The translations under genes were made by a program, and so were the position numbers. Positions 26,696-34,887 of a DNA stretch of 64,000 nt are shown here, in pieces. Each line of letters starts with the position of its first letter. Positions within the stretch are counted from its first letter, which is position 1. Below the pieces are notes generated by a model. It saw nothing but the letters and a program-made list of their open reading frames with translations. It was not told where the DNA came from and did no database searches. This DNA is from a virus (Duplodnaviria > Caudoviricetes): positions 4,463 to 68,462 of the IMG/VR virus record IMGVR_UViG_3300046517_001147; one strand, 5' to 3'.

Positions 26696-28045
26696 ATGGA
26701 AGAAATCGGAACGCTTACAGCCCCTTCGACTGAAATTGCTCCAGTAGAAACGACTCCGGAAGTTGCAACCCCAGAAATTCAAACGGATGAAGGAACTCCG
26801 GAAACCGCTACTCCGGAAACTGAAGTCGGAGAGGCTACGGAGGAAGCGTTACCGGGAGACCCCGGCGAAGGCGACGGAATCGAAACCGATGCGCGCCGGT
26901 TCGATCAGCAAACTAAAGACACTATTTCCTCTCTAAAGAATCTTGCCAAGCAGTCCACTGACCCGAAACAAGCCGCTTCGCTCAATGCTGCCGCTAAAGC
27001 TCTGGCTCGGTCATTCTTCGGGCGCCAAGCGTATGAAAAAGAATTTCCGACCGTGCAAGCTGCGCGGCAAGCCAAAGCCACGATCGACGCTCTCGGCGGA
27101 CAAGAAGGTATTACCGACCTGCAAAACAAGGTCAGCGACTATGACGCGGAAAGCGAACAATTTGCCAATGGCGACCGCGAACTGATTGAGAAGTTGAATA
27201 GAAGCAACCCGGAAAGCGTAGTCAAAGCTGGCGAAAACATTATCGATATTCTGACCGAAACACGGAATGCCGCTGCGCTTGACCGTTTGCTGATGAAACC
27301 GATGGTCGATCGGATGGATAGCGTAGGATTCGGCAATGCCCTGGTCGGAATTGCCAAGTTGCTTGAAACCGGCAAAGGCCAGGAAGCCTACGACAAGCTG
27401 AATGAGTTGGGAGACTGGTACACCAAGCTCAAAGGCGAATCGGCAAAATTGGCCAGTACCCGCGTCACCAAAGACCCGCGAGAACAAGAATTTGCCCAAC
27501 GCGAACAAAAACTGGCGGAACGGGAAAAAGAGACGGAAACGCGGCTCCTGAGCAATGAAGTTACCAGAATCAATAACGGAGCCTTAAGCCGAACACTCGA
27601 TCCCTTCTTCAAAGAACTGCGAATGGAGACTGAAGGGCGCAAGGAATTTACCCAACAGGTGATGAACAAAGTTTGGGACAAGATGCGCGAAGACAAAGTG
27701 TATATGCGCGATGCCGCCAACATTCGCCGTAAAGGGAATGCGGATGAGACTGCCCGGTTTATCAGCGCCAAGTTTGCCGAATTTCTTCCGGAAGTTTTTA
27801 AGAATCACCGCAACCGGCTCTATCCCAATCTCTCGCGGACTGCTCCTCCCGCGGCAAAGACTAATGGTCAACCGTCAACCAACGGCAAGCCGGTAGTAAA
27901 GGCTGTGACCGCTTTTCCCGGTCAACCGACTAAGGTTGCGGAAGCTCCGGCATTTGAGGATGTGGACTGGACCAAAACTCCCGATAGCCTCTGGTTCACC
28001 GGCAAGGCGTATCTCAAGAACGGTAAGTACGTTAGCTACCACTGA
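26696..28045 (+). CDS. capsid scaffolding protein
   Basis: Acidic E/T/P-rich N-terminus and helical body; between portal and capsid. Confidence 0.7.
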   Translation: MEEIGTLTAPSTEIAPVETTPEVATPEIQTDEGTPETATPETEVGEATEEALPGDPGEGDGIETDARRFDQQTKDTISSLKNLAKQSTDPKQAASLNAAAKALARSFFGRQAYEKEFPTVQAARQAKATIDALGGQEGITDLQNKVSDYDAESEQFANGDRELIEKLNRSNPESVVKAGENIIDILTETRNAAALDRLLMKPMVDRMDSVGFGNALVGIAKLLETGKGQEAYDKLNELGDWYTKLKGESAKLASTRVTKDPREQEFAQREQKLAEREKETETRLLSNEVTRINNGALSRTLDPFFKELRMETEGRKEFTQQVMNKVWDKMREDKVYMRDAANIRRKGNADETARFISAKFAEFLPEVFKNHRNRLYPNLSRTAPPAAKTNGQPSTNGKPVVKAVTAFPGQPTKVAEAPAFEDVDWTKTPDSLWFTGKAYLKNGKYVSYH

Positions 28046-28108
28046 GTATAAAAGGGTACAGACATTCTACCTGGGCCATCCATAGACTGATCGGTTAGGA
28101 GGAACGAA

Positions 28109-28273
28109 ATGACTGAGAGAAACAATGCTCCACTAAGGATAATCTTTGTCGTGCTGGCGCTTGTGATGTTCGCTATCGCAGGATTCGGATGGCCGGCGCC
28201 GGTTGAACCGTACCGCGTCAAATTCATTGGTATCGGTTTGTTTTTTTGGGTATTGTCCACATTCTTCGGATAG
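28109..28273 (+). CDS. 54-aa two-TM membrane protein (not in the ORF track)
   Basis: AGGAGG RBS; MTERNNAPLRIIFVVLALVMFAIAGFGWPAPVEPYRVKFIGIGLFFWVLSTFFG. Confidence 0.7.
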   Translation: MTERNNAPLRIIFVVLALVMFAIAGFGWPAPVEPYRVKFIGIGLFFWVLSTFFG

Positions 28274-28284
28274 AATGAGCGACC

Positions 28285-28779
28285 GTGAATAAAAAGAAAC
28301 CACACAACGGCAAAAAGCAACTTGACCGAATCGAGAAAAAAGAAGATAAAGAACTGAAGAAAATCGGGAAGCTGGAGCATGAAGTAGAAGAAATTGAACA
28401 GGCTCTCAAAAAGCCTAAGAAGAAAGCCCTTCGGAAAATCAATTATAAACAAGTAGGAGAAAAGCAAATGCCAACCGATTTCTCGATTGTTGCAGGAACT
28501 AGCGGAGTCTTTAGCGCTGTATTGACTCCTCCAGGTGGCGCGCAAGCGCCTGGTACGGTGCCGCAATGGGTGGCCAGCGATTCATCCGTTGTGCTCACAC
28601 CGACTTCTGACGGAATCAAAGTCGAAGCTGCCGTTCCCGCTGGATTTAGCGGAACCACTTTCGACTTGAGCCTTTCCGCCGTGTCGTCCGATTCCGGAGT
28701 GGGTACAGTCTCTAAGACCCATACCATTACCGTGAGCGCGGCGCCGCTCACCGCGATTGACTTCGGCCAGGATAGCTAG
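28285..28779 (+). CDS. Ig-like domain protein with Lys-rich N-terminal extension
   Basis: Basic coiled N-terminus, then a beta-rich domain; a second start MPTDF has its own AGGAG. Confidence 0.6.
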   Translation: MNKKKPHNGKKQLDRIEKKEDKELKKIGKLEHEVEEIEQALKKPKKKALRKINYKQVGEKQMPTDFSIVAGTSGVFSAVLTPPGGAQAPGTVPQWVASDSSVVLTPTSDGIKVEAAVPAGFSGTTFDLSLSAVSSDSGVGTVSKTHTITVSAAPLTAIDFGQDS

Positions 28780-28796
28780 ACTGTCCCGCGCCTACG

Positions 28797-28848
28797 AATC
28801 GGAACCTGCTTCGGACGTTATGACTCCGATGTGGGTTCCGGTTTTTTT
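28797..28848 (+). terminator. long-stem rho-independent terminator
   Basis: aatcggaacctgc/gtgggttccggtt stem followed by a T-run. Confidence 0.75.
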
Positions 28849-29045
28849 ATTGACATTCGAATCACATCCCTAGTAGCCTCACAAGCGTTGAGCGATGTAC
28901 TGGGCGCAAGTCCCAGAAAAAAATAGATACCTTCGCAAAACAATCCAAACGTATATCGGGACGCTGTAATTCTCTGCGATTGACTTCGTTTGAGAATCGC
29001 TGACGCTGCGTACTTCGCGTCAAGCTGAAACTGAGGTATACGTGT

Positions 29046-30386
29046 ATGCCAACTTCTCCTCTACAAGAGGCAGCGGTACAAGGCGTCGAAATCGAAGCCT
29101 TTGCCAAAGGTATTCCGAATTACGTTTTCAAGGGCCGGACTCTTTACAACTTCATTAAGAAAGGTGCAAAGACTTATCCGACTGCAGTCACTACGGCCGC
29201 CGGCGGTACTTCCCGTCCAGCATTCCGTATTCCGATCAGGGTTCAATCCGGCGCCGCAATCTTCCAGGCAACCGGAGACGGTGACGCTCTCAACCGCGGC
29301 ACTGGTTCACTGTGGGTTTCTGGCGACATAACGGTTGTCGGAACATTCGCAGGGAACGAAATTACGTACCTTGCCCGGATCGCCACGCAGGGGCCAAAGC
29401 GCGGTCTCATCTCCCTCAAAGCGGAAGAGTTGAAAAACTCCTTCGACTCCTACATGCAGGGGCTTGATTCCCAGTTCCTTTCCGACGGTAGCGGCGCAAT
29501 CGTCCAGATTCCCGCAACCGCAACGGTCAACAACAACACCGGCACAGGCAATTCCACTTCGTCCATCATCGGACTGGGCGGACAAGCAAACCAGTTCCAA
29601 GAGCAGCAAGTTGTCCAGTTCTTCGCTGCCGAAGGCGGTTCGCCACGCTCCGGAACTGCAATCGTGTCCTACGTCGATGGCGCGGCCGATACTGTGTATT
29701 TTTCGACCACACTGCCGTCTGGAACCGCTGCTGGCGACTTCGTGATGATTCAGGGCTCGTCCGGAGCGCTCAACTCCGGAATCGCGGGTATCTACACTTA
29801 TCAGGTGGCCGCAACCACCGGAACGGTGCTGAACCTTTCCCGCGCAACCTATCCAGGGCAACTCTCCACTCCGACAATCAACAAGGGCGGTCAGCCGGTC
29901 AATACGACTGATCCCTACAAGGTCCAGATTCTCATTCGCCGCGGCTTGGGCGATGACAATGAACATGCCAAGGACTTCGAATGGGTGATGGGAGCCGATC
30001 AGGAATTGGCTATCAGCCAACTCTATACCGGCGTCCTGCAACAGAACTACGTTCCACCGGGCGATAAGGCTTTGGATATGACCAAGCCTTTTATGACCGA
30101 TCACTGGAACGGCCGGCCAATGCACGTTTCCTACAAGGCCAAACAGGGCAGAATTGACGCGATTTGCCCTGAGACTTGGGGGATTTGCGAAACGGTCGAG
30201 CCTTCGCTGTACGACTTCGGAGACGGCGTAACCACCATGCCGGTTCCGGCGAACGACGGTAGTCAAACCACAACGTACCGTACCAGTTCGATCTTTTACT
30301 ACCACTCGTTCCTGAACGTGTTCAATTCGAACATGAAGGCTGCGTGCGTTCTTACGAACTGCTCGGTGCCTTCGGTCACATCTTAA
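29046..30386 (+). CDS. major capsid protein
   Basis: 446 aa after the scaffold; own TTGACA promoter and a long structured leader; composition and position fit an HK97-fold capsid protein. Confidence 0.8.
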   Translation: MPTSPLQEAAVQGVEIEAFAKGIPNYVFKGRTLYNFIKKGAKTYPTAVTTAAGGTSRPAFRIPIRVQSGAAIFQATGDGDALNRGTGSLWVSGDITVVGTFAGNEITYLARIATQGPKRGLISLKAEELKNSFDSYMQGLDSQFLSDGSGAIVQIPATATVNNNTGTGNSTSSIIGLGGQANQFQEQQVVQFFAAEGGSPRSGTAIVSYVDGAADTVYFSTTLPSGTAAGDFVMIQGSSGALNSGIAGIYTYQVAATTGTVLNLSRATYPGQLSTPTINKGGQPVNTTDPYKVQILIRRGLGDDNEHAKDFEWVMGADQELAISQLYTGVLQQNYVPPGDKALDMTKPFMTDHWNGRPMHVSYKAKQGRIDAICPETWGICETVEPSLYDFGDGVTTMPVPANDGSQTTTYRTSSIFYYHSFLNVFNSNMKAACVLTNCSVPSVTS

Positions 30387-30460
30387 TCGAGCAAGGCAGG
30401 ATGGGTAGGGTAACAATAATTGCTTCGATTTATTGTTACCCTCCCTAAATCGGGGGAAAC

Positions 30461-30799
30461 ATGCAAGCTCAAGTAGCTGAAAAGAAATACGTTATTGTTC
30501 CGCGCGATAAATGGGTAGTTATCAAGAAGTTCCTTCGCGGGGAGCAAGTTACCGATGAAGGCGTCATCATTCCGGAAACAAAGGATGACCGCTCGCAAAG
30601 AGGAGTCGTTTTTGCACTATCCAACTGCGCGGGACGCGACCGGGAAGGGAATCCGATTCCTTGGGATATTGAGGTAGGCGATGTGGTGATCTTCACCAAC
30701 TACCCGATGGACATTCCGGCGGTAGAAGAGTTGACCGGCGAAAAGGATTTGGTTCTGGTACAGGCAGATGAAGTGTTTGGCAAGGCCGTAGAAGCATGA
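30461..30799 (+). CDS. groES: GroES/Cpn10 co-chaperonin
   Basis: IVPRDKWVVIK..EQVTDEGVIIPET...RGVVFA...IPWDIEVGDVVIF...LVQADEVFG. Confidence 0.85.
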   Translation: MQAQVAEKKYVIVPRDKWVVIKKFLRGEQVTDEGVIIPETKDDRSQRGVVFALSNCAGRDREGNPIPWDIEVGDVVIFTNYPMDIPAVEELTGEKDLVLVQADEVFGKAVEA

Positions 30800-31581
30800 A
30801 GGCGGAAGGCCACGAAAGGCGTCAATGTCCGGCAGAGTTTCAAGACAGATTGACTCGCATGTTTGGCCGGAACCAGTTTGGCGACCCTCATTTCAAAATC
30901 GTTTGGGGCCAATCGGAATTTATCCGCATGGGCAACTTGTGGCGCGACCGCTTTGGAAACGAGCATCGGGCTTATCGCGACGTGTATCAGTGTCACGGAA
31001 CTCCTTGTTGGGTAATCATGCGCTGGAAACAGCCGATGCACTATGGAGACCCGGAAACGTACTACCAGACGACTTGGGACACTTTCAGCGGCATGTATAT
31101 CCTTGGCGAGTACCCTTGGCGCGGCCGCTACGAAATTGTGCAACCGCTGATGCACCGCGAACTATCCGCAGGACGTTTGGTAACCGAATGGATTCCTTCG
31201 CTCAATCCGCATACCGGAATCATGGAAACCGTGCCAGTCAGAAAACGTGTGGACCAGAAACTAGTCATCCACCACATGCCGCTTTCGCACATCCTGATCG
31301 ATTCGCTGATCCCGCTATTTGTGAAGTTGCAAGCGCTCTCCCGCGACGAATTAAAAGCCATGCACCAAGCGAATCGCAAAGCGCAACAGCGCAAGGAAGT
31401 AGAGGAAATGGCCGACGCGATGGAAGCGAATATGCCAGCTTATTTCGGTCCGGTCTCGTATTCGCGGCAAGGATGCCGCACGTCATTGCTCGATCGCAAG
31501 ATGGAACAAATCGAAAAAGTTTGGAAACGGGAATTAAAAGCAGGGAAGAGATTCACTAAAGGGTTTCAGGTAGCACACTGA
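30796..31581 (+). CDS. hypothetical virion-module protein
   Basis: ATGA-coupled to groES. Confidence 0.6.
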   Translation: MKAEGHERRQCPAEFQDRLTRMFGRNQFGDPHFKIVWGQSEFIRMGNLWRDRFGNEHRAYRDVYQCHGTPCWVIMRWKQPMHYGDPETYYQTTWDTFSGMYILGEYPWRGRYEIVQPLMHRELSAGRLVTEWIPSLNPHTGIMETVPVRKRVDQKLVIHHMPLSHILIDSLIPLFVKLQALSRDELKAMHQANRKAQQRKEVEEMADAMEANMPAYFGPVSYSRQGCRTSLLDRKMEQIEKVWKRELKAGKRFTKGFQVAH

Positions 31582-31610
31582 AAAATTCGAATATCGGGAG
31601 GAAGTGAAAC

Positions 31611-32438
31611 ATGGCTAGTGGATTCGTAACAACAGGATTGCCGCCGAACGCCAGCATTAAAAGAAGCATGAAAATGCAGGTTGGGAGCCTGGACAACGAT
31701 CTGGAAGCAACCAGTCTGCAGACGCAAGATAACCTGCAAACCAAGCCCCCGCTCTACATTTACAACATCTGCGAACTGTCGCACGTCCGCAATCAACCGC
31801 CGGAATTTCCAGGGTTCACCGTCGAACCTTGCCCCAAGGGAGAGAAATTTTCGGTCAAGGTTTTTCAAGGCATTGTCAACGAACGCTACATGAAACCCGG
31901 AACATCGGAGTTTTATTACAAGCAGGTGGACGGCCGGAAGTATGCGACCAGTCTGCTCAATCCAGACTGCTTTCCAGGGACAGACTTCGAAGCACAGTTG
32001 ATCGAAGGACAGACCGGAAACAACGATATGACCGGAATGAACATGAACGCTCTGGGCGTGTTCTGGTCTCCACTCGCTCCAGACGACCCGAAACTGGAAG
32101 CACAGATAAAGAAATTCCGCGCCAGAGTCGATCGCACCATGGATGCCCTGGTCAAAGAAGGCAATCGTTTGAATGCTTCCGGAAAGCTCGGAGATATTTC
32201 AGCGATGATGCACTTCGCAATGGATTACTTCGGCCTACAGGCAACTTGGCACATGAGCCACCGTCATAAGACGGAATGCCCGAATTGCGGTGAACTGGTT
32301 TTGGAAGGCGTGGCATACCACAAGAACGGCAGCGGCGATGATTGCATTATCGATTACGACCGCTACGCGCAAGTGGTTATGCGGAAGTCGGCTACCGTAC
32401 AGGAAACGAAACCTGCGCGTACCCGCTCGACACGCTAA
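31611..32438 (+). CDS. hypothetical protein with zinc ribbon
   Basis: GGAGG RBS; CPNCG...H...C. Confidence 0.6.
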   Translation: MASGFVTTGLPPNASIKRSMKMQVGSLDNDLEATSLQTQDNLQTKPPLYIYNICELSHVRNQPPEFPGFTVEPCPKGEKFSVKVFQGIVNERYMKPGTSEFYYKQVDGRKYATSLLNPDCFPGTDFEAQLIEGQTGNNDMTGMNMNALGVFWSPLAPDDPKLEAQIKKFRARVDRTMDALVKEGNRLNASGKLGDISAMMHFAMDYFGLQATWHMSHRHKTECPNCGELVLEGVAYHKNGSGDDCIIDYDRYAQVVMRKSATVQETKPARTRSTR

Positions 32439-32539
32439 ACGATCTTTCTAGGGGGGTGCTTGCTTTCCTTGCGGTTACCCGATTCCGCGAGCGCCCGGTA
32501 CGCGCTCCCCTAAGAAAGTTTGGAAAGAGAAAGGCATGA

Positions 32540-33361
32540 ATGCCAAGCATCCCGCAACTCGGTTTTCCGGTCATGGACGAAGTGATGCAACTGGTCCGTT
32601 CGCTGGTCAACGATACTTTTCCTGGGATTTTGGGAGCGCAAGGCAGAATCTTCACCAATAACGCGCAATTCACTATTCCGCTGTTTAATTCGGCTTACCG
32701 CAAACTGCAACGCAAGCTGCGAACCGAAGGCGCAACATTCCCAATCAAGGATAACGTCCAACTGCTGAATCTGACTCCGGTCATCGCGCAAAATACCAAC
32801 GTACAGACCTACGTCGATTTTAACGGCTACTTCGACGGTACGACCATGCACGACACTCCGAAGCTGCCTAGTGATCTTCTGCAGCCGTATGTCGTCGAGG
32901 AGCAAACGGTAGGCACTGGATTCCCGTTTGTTCCGATGGCTCAACCGGCCGAAGGGCTCCCGTCGGTGCTACAAGGCTCCATGCTAGAAATGTGGGAATG
33001 GCGGAACTACAAGATTTACATGGTCGGCTCGATCGTTACCAAGAATCTTCGTATCCGCTATCAGTATTCGAATGTGCCGCTCAACGTTCCTGCAGCCGAT
33101 TTTGACGTGACTTCGGTTCCGATAATCGATTGTCAGGACGCTCTGGCGAACTACATTGCCGCGATGTTTGGAAGGGCGCGCGGAGCCAATCCTCAAGCGG
33201 TCGCGGCGCTCGAAGCTGCCGGCGATGACGCTATGAACGATATGGCTTTTGAGTATGTTCGCCGCGCTCAAACGGTCACTTACCGTCGTCCGGCTTACGG
33301 TAGCGGCGGCTCAAACGATGGCGGCAATGGAACGCTTGGCCAGACCGGATGGGGCGCTTAA
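32540..33361 (+). CDS. head-to-tail adaptor-like protein
   Basis: VRSLVND...FNSAYRKLQRKL...LPSDLL..; position after the head genes. Confidence 0.6.
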   Translation: MPSIPQLGFPVMDEVMQLVRSLVNDTFPGILGAQGRIFTNNAQFTIPLFNSAYRKLQRKLRTEGATFPIKDNVQLLNLTPVIAQNTNVQTYVDFNGYFDGTTMHDTPKLPSDLLQPYVVEEQTVGTGFPFVPMAQPAEGLPSVLQGSMLEMWEWRNYKIYMVGSIVTKNLRIRYQYSNVPLNVPAADFDVTSVPIIDCQDALANYIAAMFGRARGANPQAVAALEAAGDDAMNDMAFEYVRRAQTVTYRRPAYGSGGSNDGGNGTLGQTGWGA

Positions 33362-34365
33362 TGCCGACTTACTACAGATTCGATGGCGTGGTGCGTAGTC
33401 CGCAAGGCGAAGCGGTTCCCGGCGTCCTGGTCTATGTGTGCACGCAGCCGGCGACTACGAGTACTATTCCGCCTTCGCCGCTGGCAACGATCTATGCCGA
33501 TTCAGTTGGAACGGCGCTTGCCAATCCGGTTGTCGTCGATGGCAATGGAAACTTCTTTTTCTATGCGGCGACCGGAACGTACACGATCCTTTATTTCGAT
33601 CCGAACGGCCGGGTGCAAACTACCGTCTTTCCCGATCAGCTTATAGTCACTCCCGGCGCGGGAACGGTTACCAGTATCGCTCTGACCATGCCGGCGGAGT
33701 TTAGCGTTGCTGGCTCTCCGGTTGCTACCAATGGCGTTTTCGCAGTTAGCAAAAACAATCAGAATGCTGGCACAGTTTATGCCGGTCCTGCTTCCGGTCC
33801 TGCCGCGGCGCCAACGTTTCAATCTCTGGCCACGCTTGCGGCCGCTCTTGGACTTGGTACGGGCACGGTAACCAGCGTTAATGCTTCGATTACCGGAAGC
33901 ACTTTATTGTCTCTATCGGTAAGCGGAAATCCGATCGTCACTAGCGGGACGCTCGTTTTTACGGTCAACTTCGCGAATCAAGCGGCTAACACTTTCTTGC
34001 GTGGACCATCATCAGGAGGAACTGGTCCGATTGTAGCCGGTCCAATCGTTCCAAAAGATTTACCGGGACTGGTTTCTGTAGCTTTTTCAGCGACTCCGAC
34101 TTTTGATGCCAGCGCGGGAAACAGCTTTGCAATGACGCTTACCGGGAACGTGACCTCCGGCACGATTACCAACGCTACGGCGGGACAAACAATTACTTTC
34201 ATCATTACGCAGGATGGGACAGGCGGATGGACGTTTGCATTCCCCTCCAATGTTAAAGGTGAATCGAATATCGGCGCTGACGCTGCTTCGGTCAGTGTCC
34301 AGAGTTTCATCTATACCGGAAGTCTGTGGCGTGCCACTGGCCCCGGCTCGGTGAATGCTACGTAG
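33361..34365 (+). CDS. tail fibre / structural protein
   Basis: N-terminal anchor-like domain (ATIYAD..G....NPVVVDGNGNFFFYA); two GTVTS repeats; C-terminal ITQDGTGGWTFAFP domain. Confidence 0.7.
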   Translation: MPTYYRFDGVVRSPQGEAVPGVLVYVCTQPATTSTIPPSPLATIYADSVGTALANPVVVDGNGNFFFYAATGTYTILYFDPNGRVQTTVFPDQLIVTPGAGTVTSIALTMPAEFSVAGSPVATNGVFAVSKNNQNAGTVYAGPASGPAAAPTFQSLATLAAALGLGTGTVTSVNASITGSTLLSLSVSGNPIVTSGTLVFTVNFANQAANTFLRGPSSGGTGPIVAGPIVPKDLPGLVSVAFSATPTFDASAGNSFAMTLTGNVTSGTITNATAGQTITFIITQDGTGGWTFAFPSNVKGESNIGADAASVSVQSFIYTGSLWRATGPGSVNAT

Positions 34366-34448
34366 AACGCCATCTGCCCATGCAGAGTTGCATACAACAC
34401 TTTGGGGCGACGGTCTAAGGGCTGTCGGCTAATTCGGAGGAAACAAGA

Positions 34449-34826
34449 ATGTCTCTAGCGATTACAGTTCAAGCCGGCTATGTGGTGGACAACACCCAGA
34501 AGAAAGTCATTATCAGCGGCCGTTTGCTGATTACCGGAACGGGAAACTATCCTGTCGGCGGCTTGCCGCTAGACTCCGTTCTGCTGGCACTTCCGGAATC
34601 GACCACCAACTCTGGCGTCCGTCGTTGCATTCTGACTTCGGATGTTGGGAGTGGATATATCTGGCAGCGTATTCCCGCTACCGGAAAGATGATGGGTTTG
34701 CAGGTTCCGCCTACCGGATCGCTGACAACTGCCGCTCCGTTGCAACAGTTGCCAAGCACGGTGAGCGACCTCACTTTGCAAAACGAAGCTATCAATTTCC
34801 AGGTGGAGATGTTGCGGAACGCTTAA
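34449..34826 (+). CDS. small structural protein
   Basis: GGAGG RBS; beta-rich; GNYPVGG. Confidence 0.55.
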   Translation: MSLAITVQAGYVVDNTQKKVIISGRLLITGTGNYPVGGLPLDSVLLALPESTTNSGVRRCILTSDVGSGYIWQRIPATGKMMGLQVPPTGSLTTAAPLQQLPSTVSDLTLQNEAINFQVEMLRNA

Positions 34827-34848
34827 TCTAGGGAATCCAAAAAGGAGG

Positions 34849-34883
34849 ACGGGACTGCGGTAATGCCCGTAGTCCCGTTTTTT
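34849..34883 (+). terminator. terminator-like hairpin directly upstream of the large tail gene
   Basis: 12-bp stem acgggactgcgg/ccgtagtcccgt followed by a T-run. Confidence 0.7.
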
Positions 34884-34887
34884 CTAT

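Noticed and set aside
28930-28975. c-di-GMP-I riboswitch in the capsid leader (gcaaaac...gggacgc)
   Set aside because: The resemblance is fragmentary; the GNRA tetraloop/receptor and P2 stem could not be found.
29307-30416. 369-aa minus-strand ORF
   Set aside because: Antisense shadow of the major capsid gene, typical of GC-biased codon usage.
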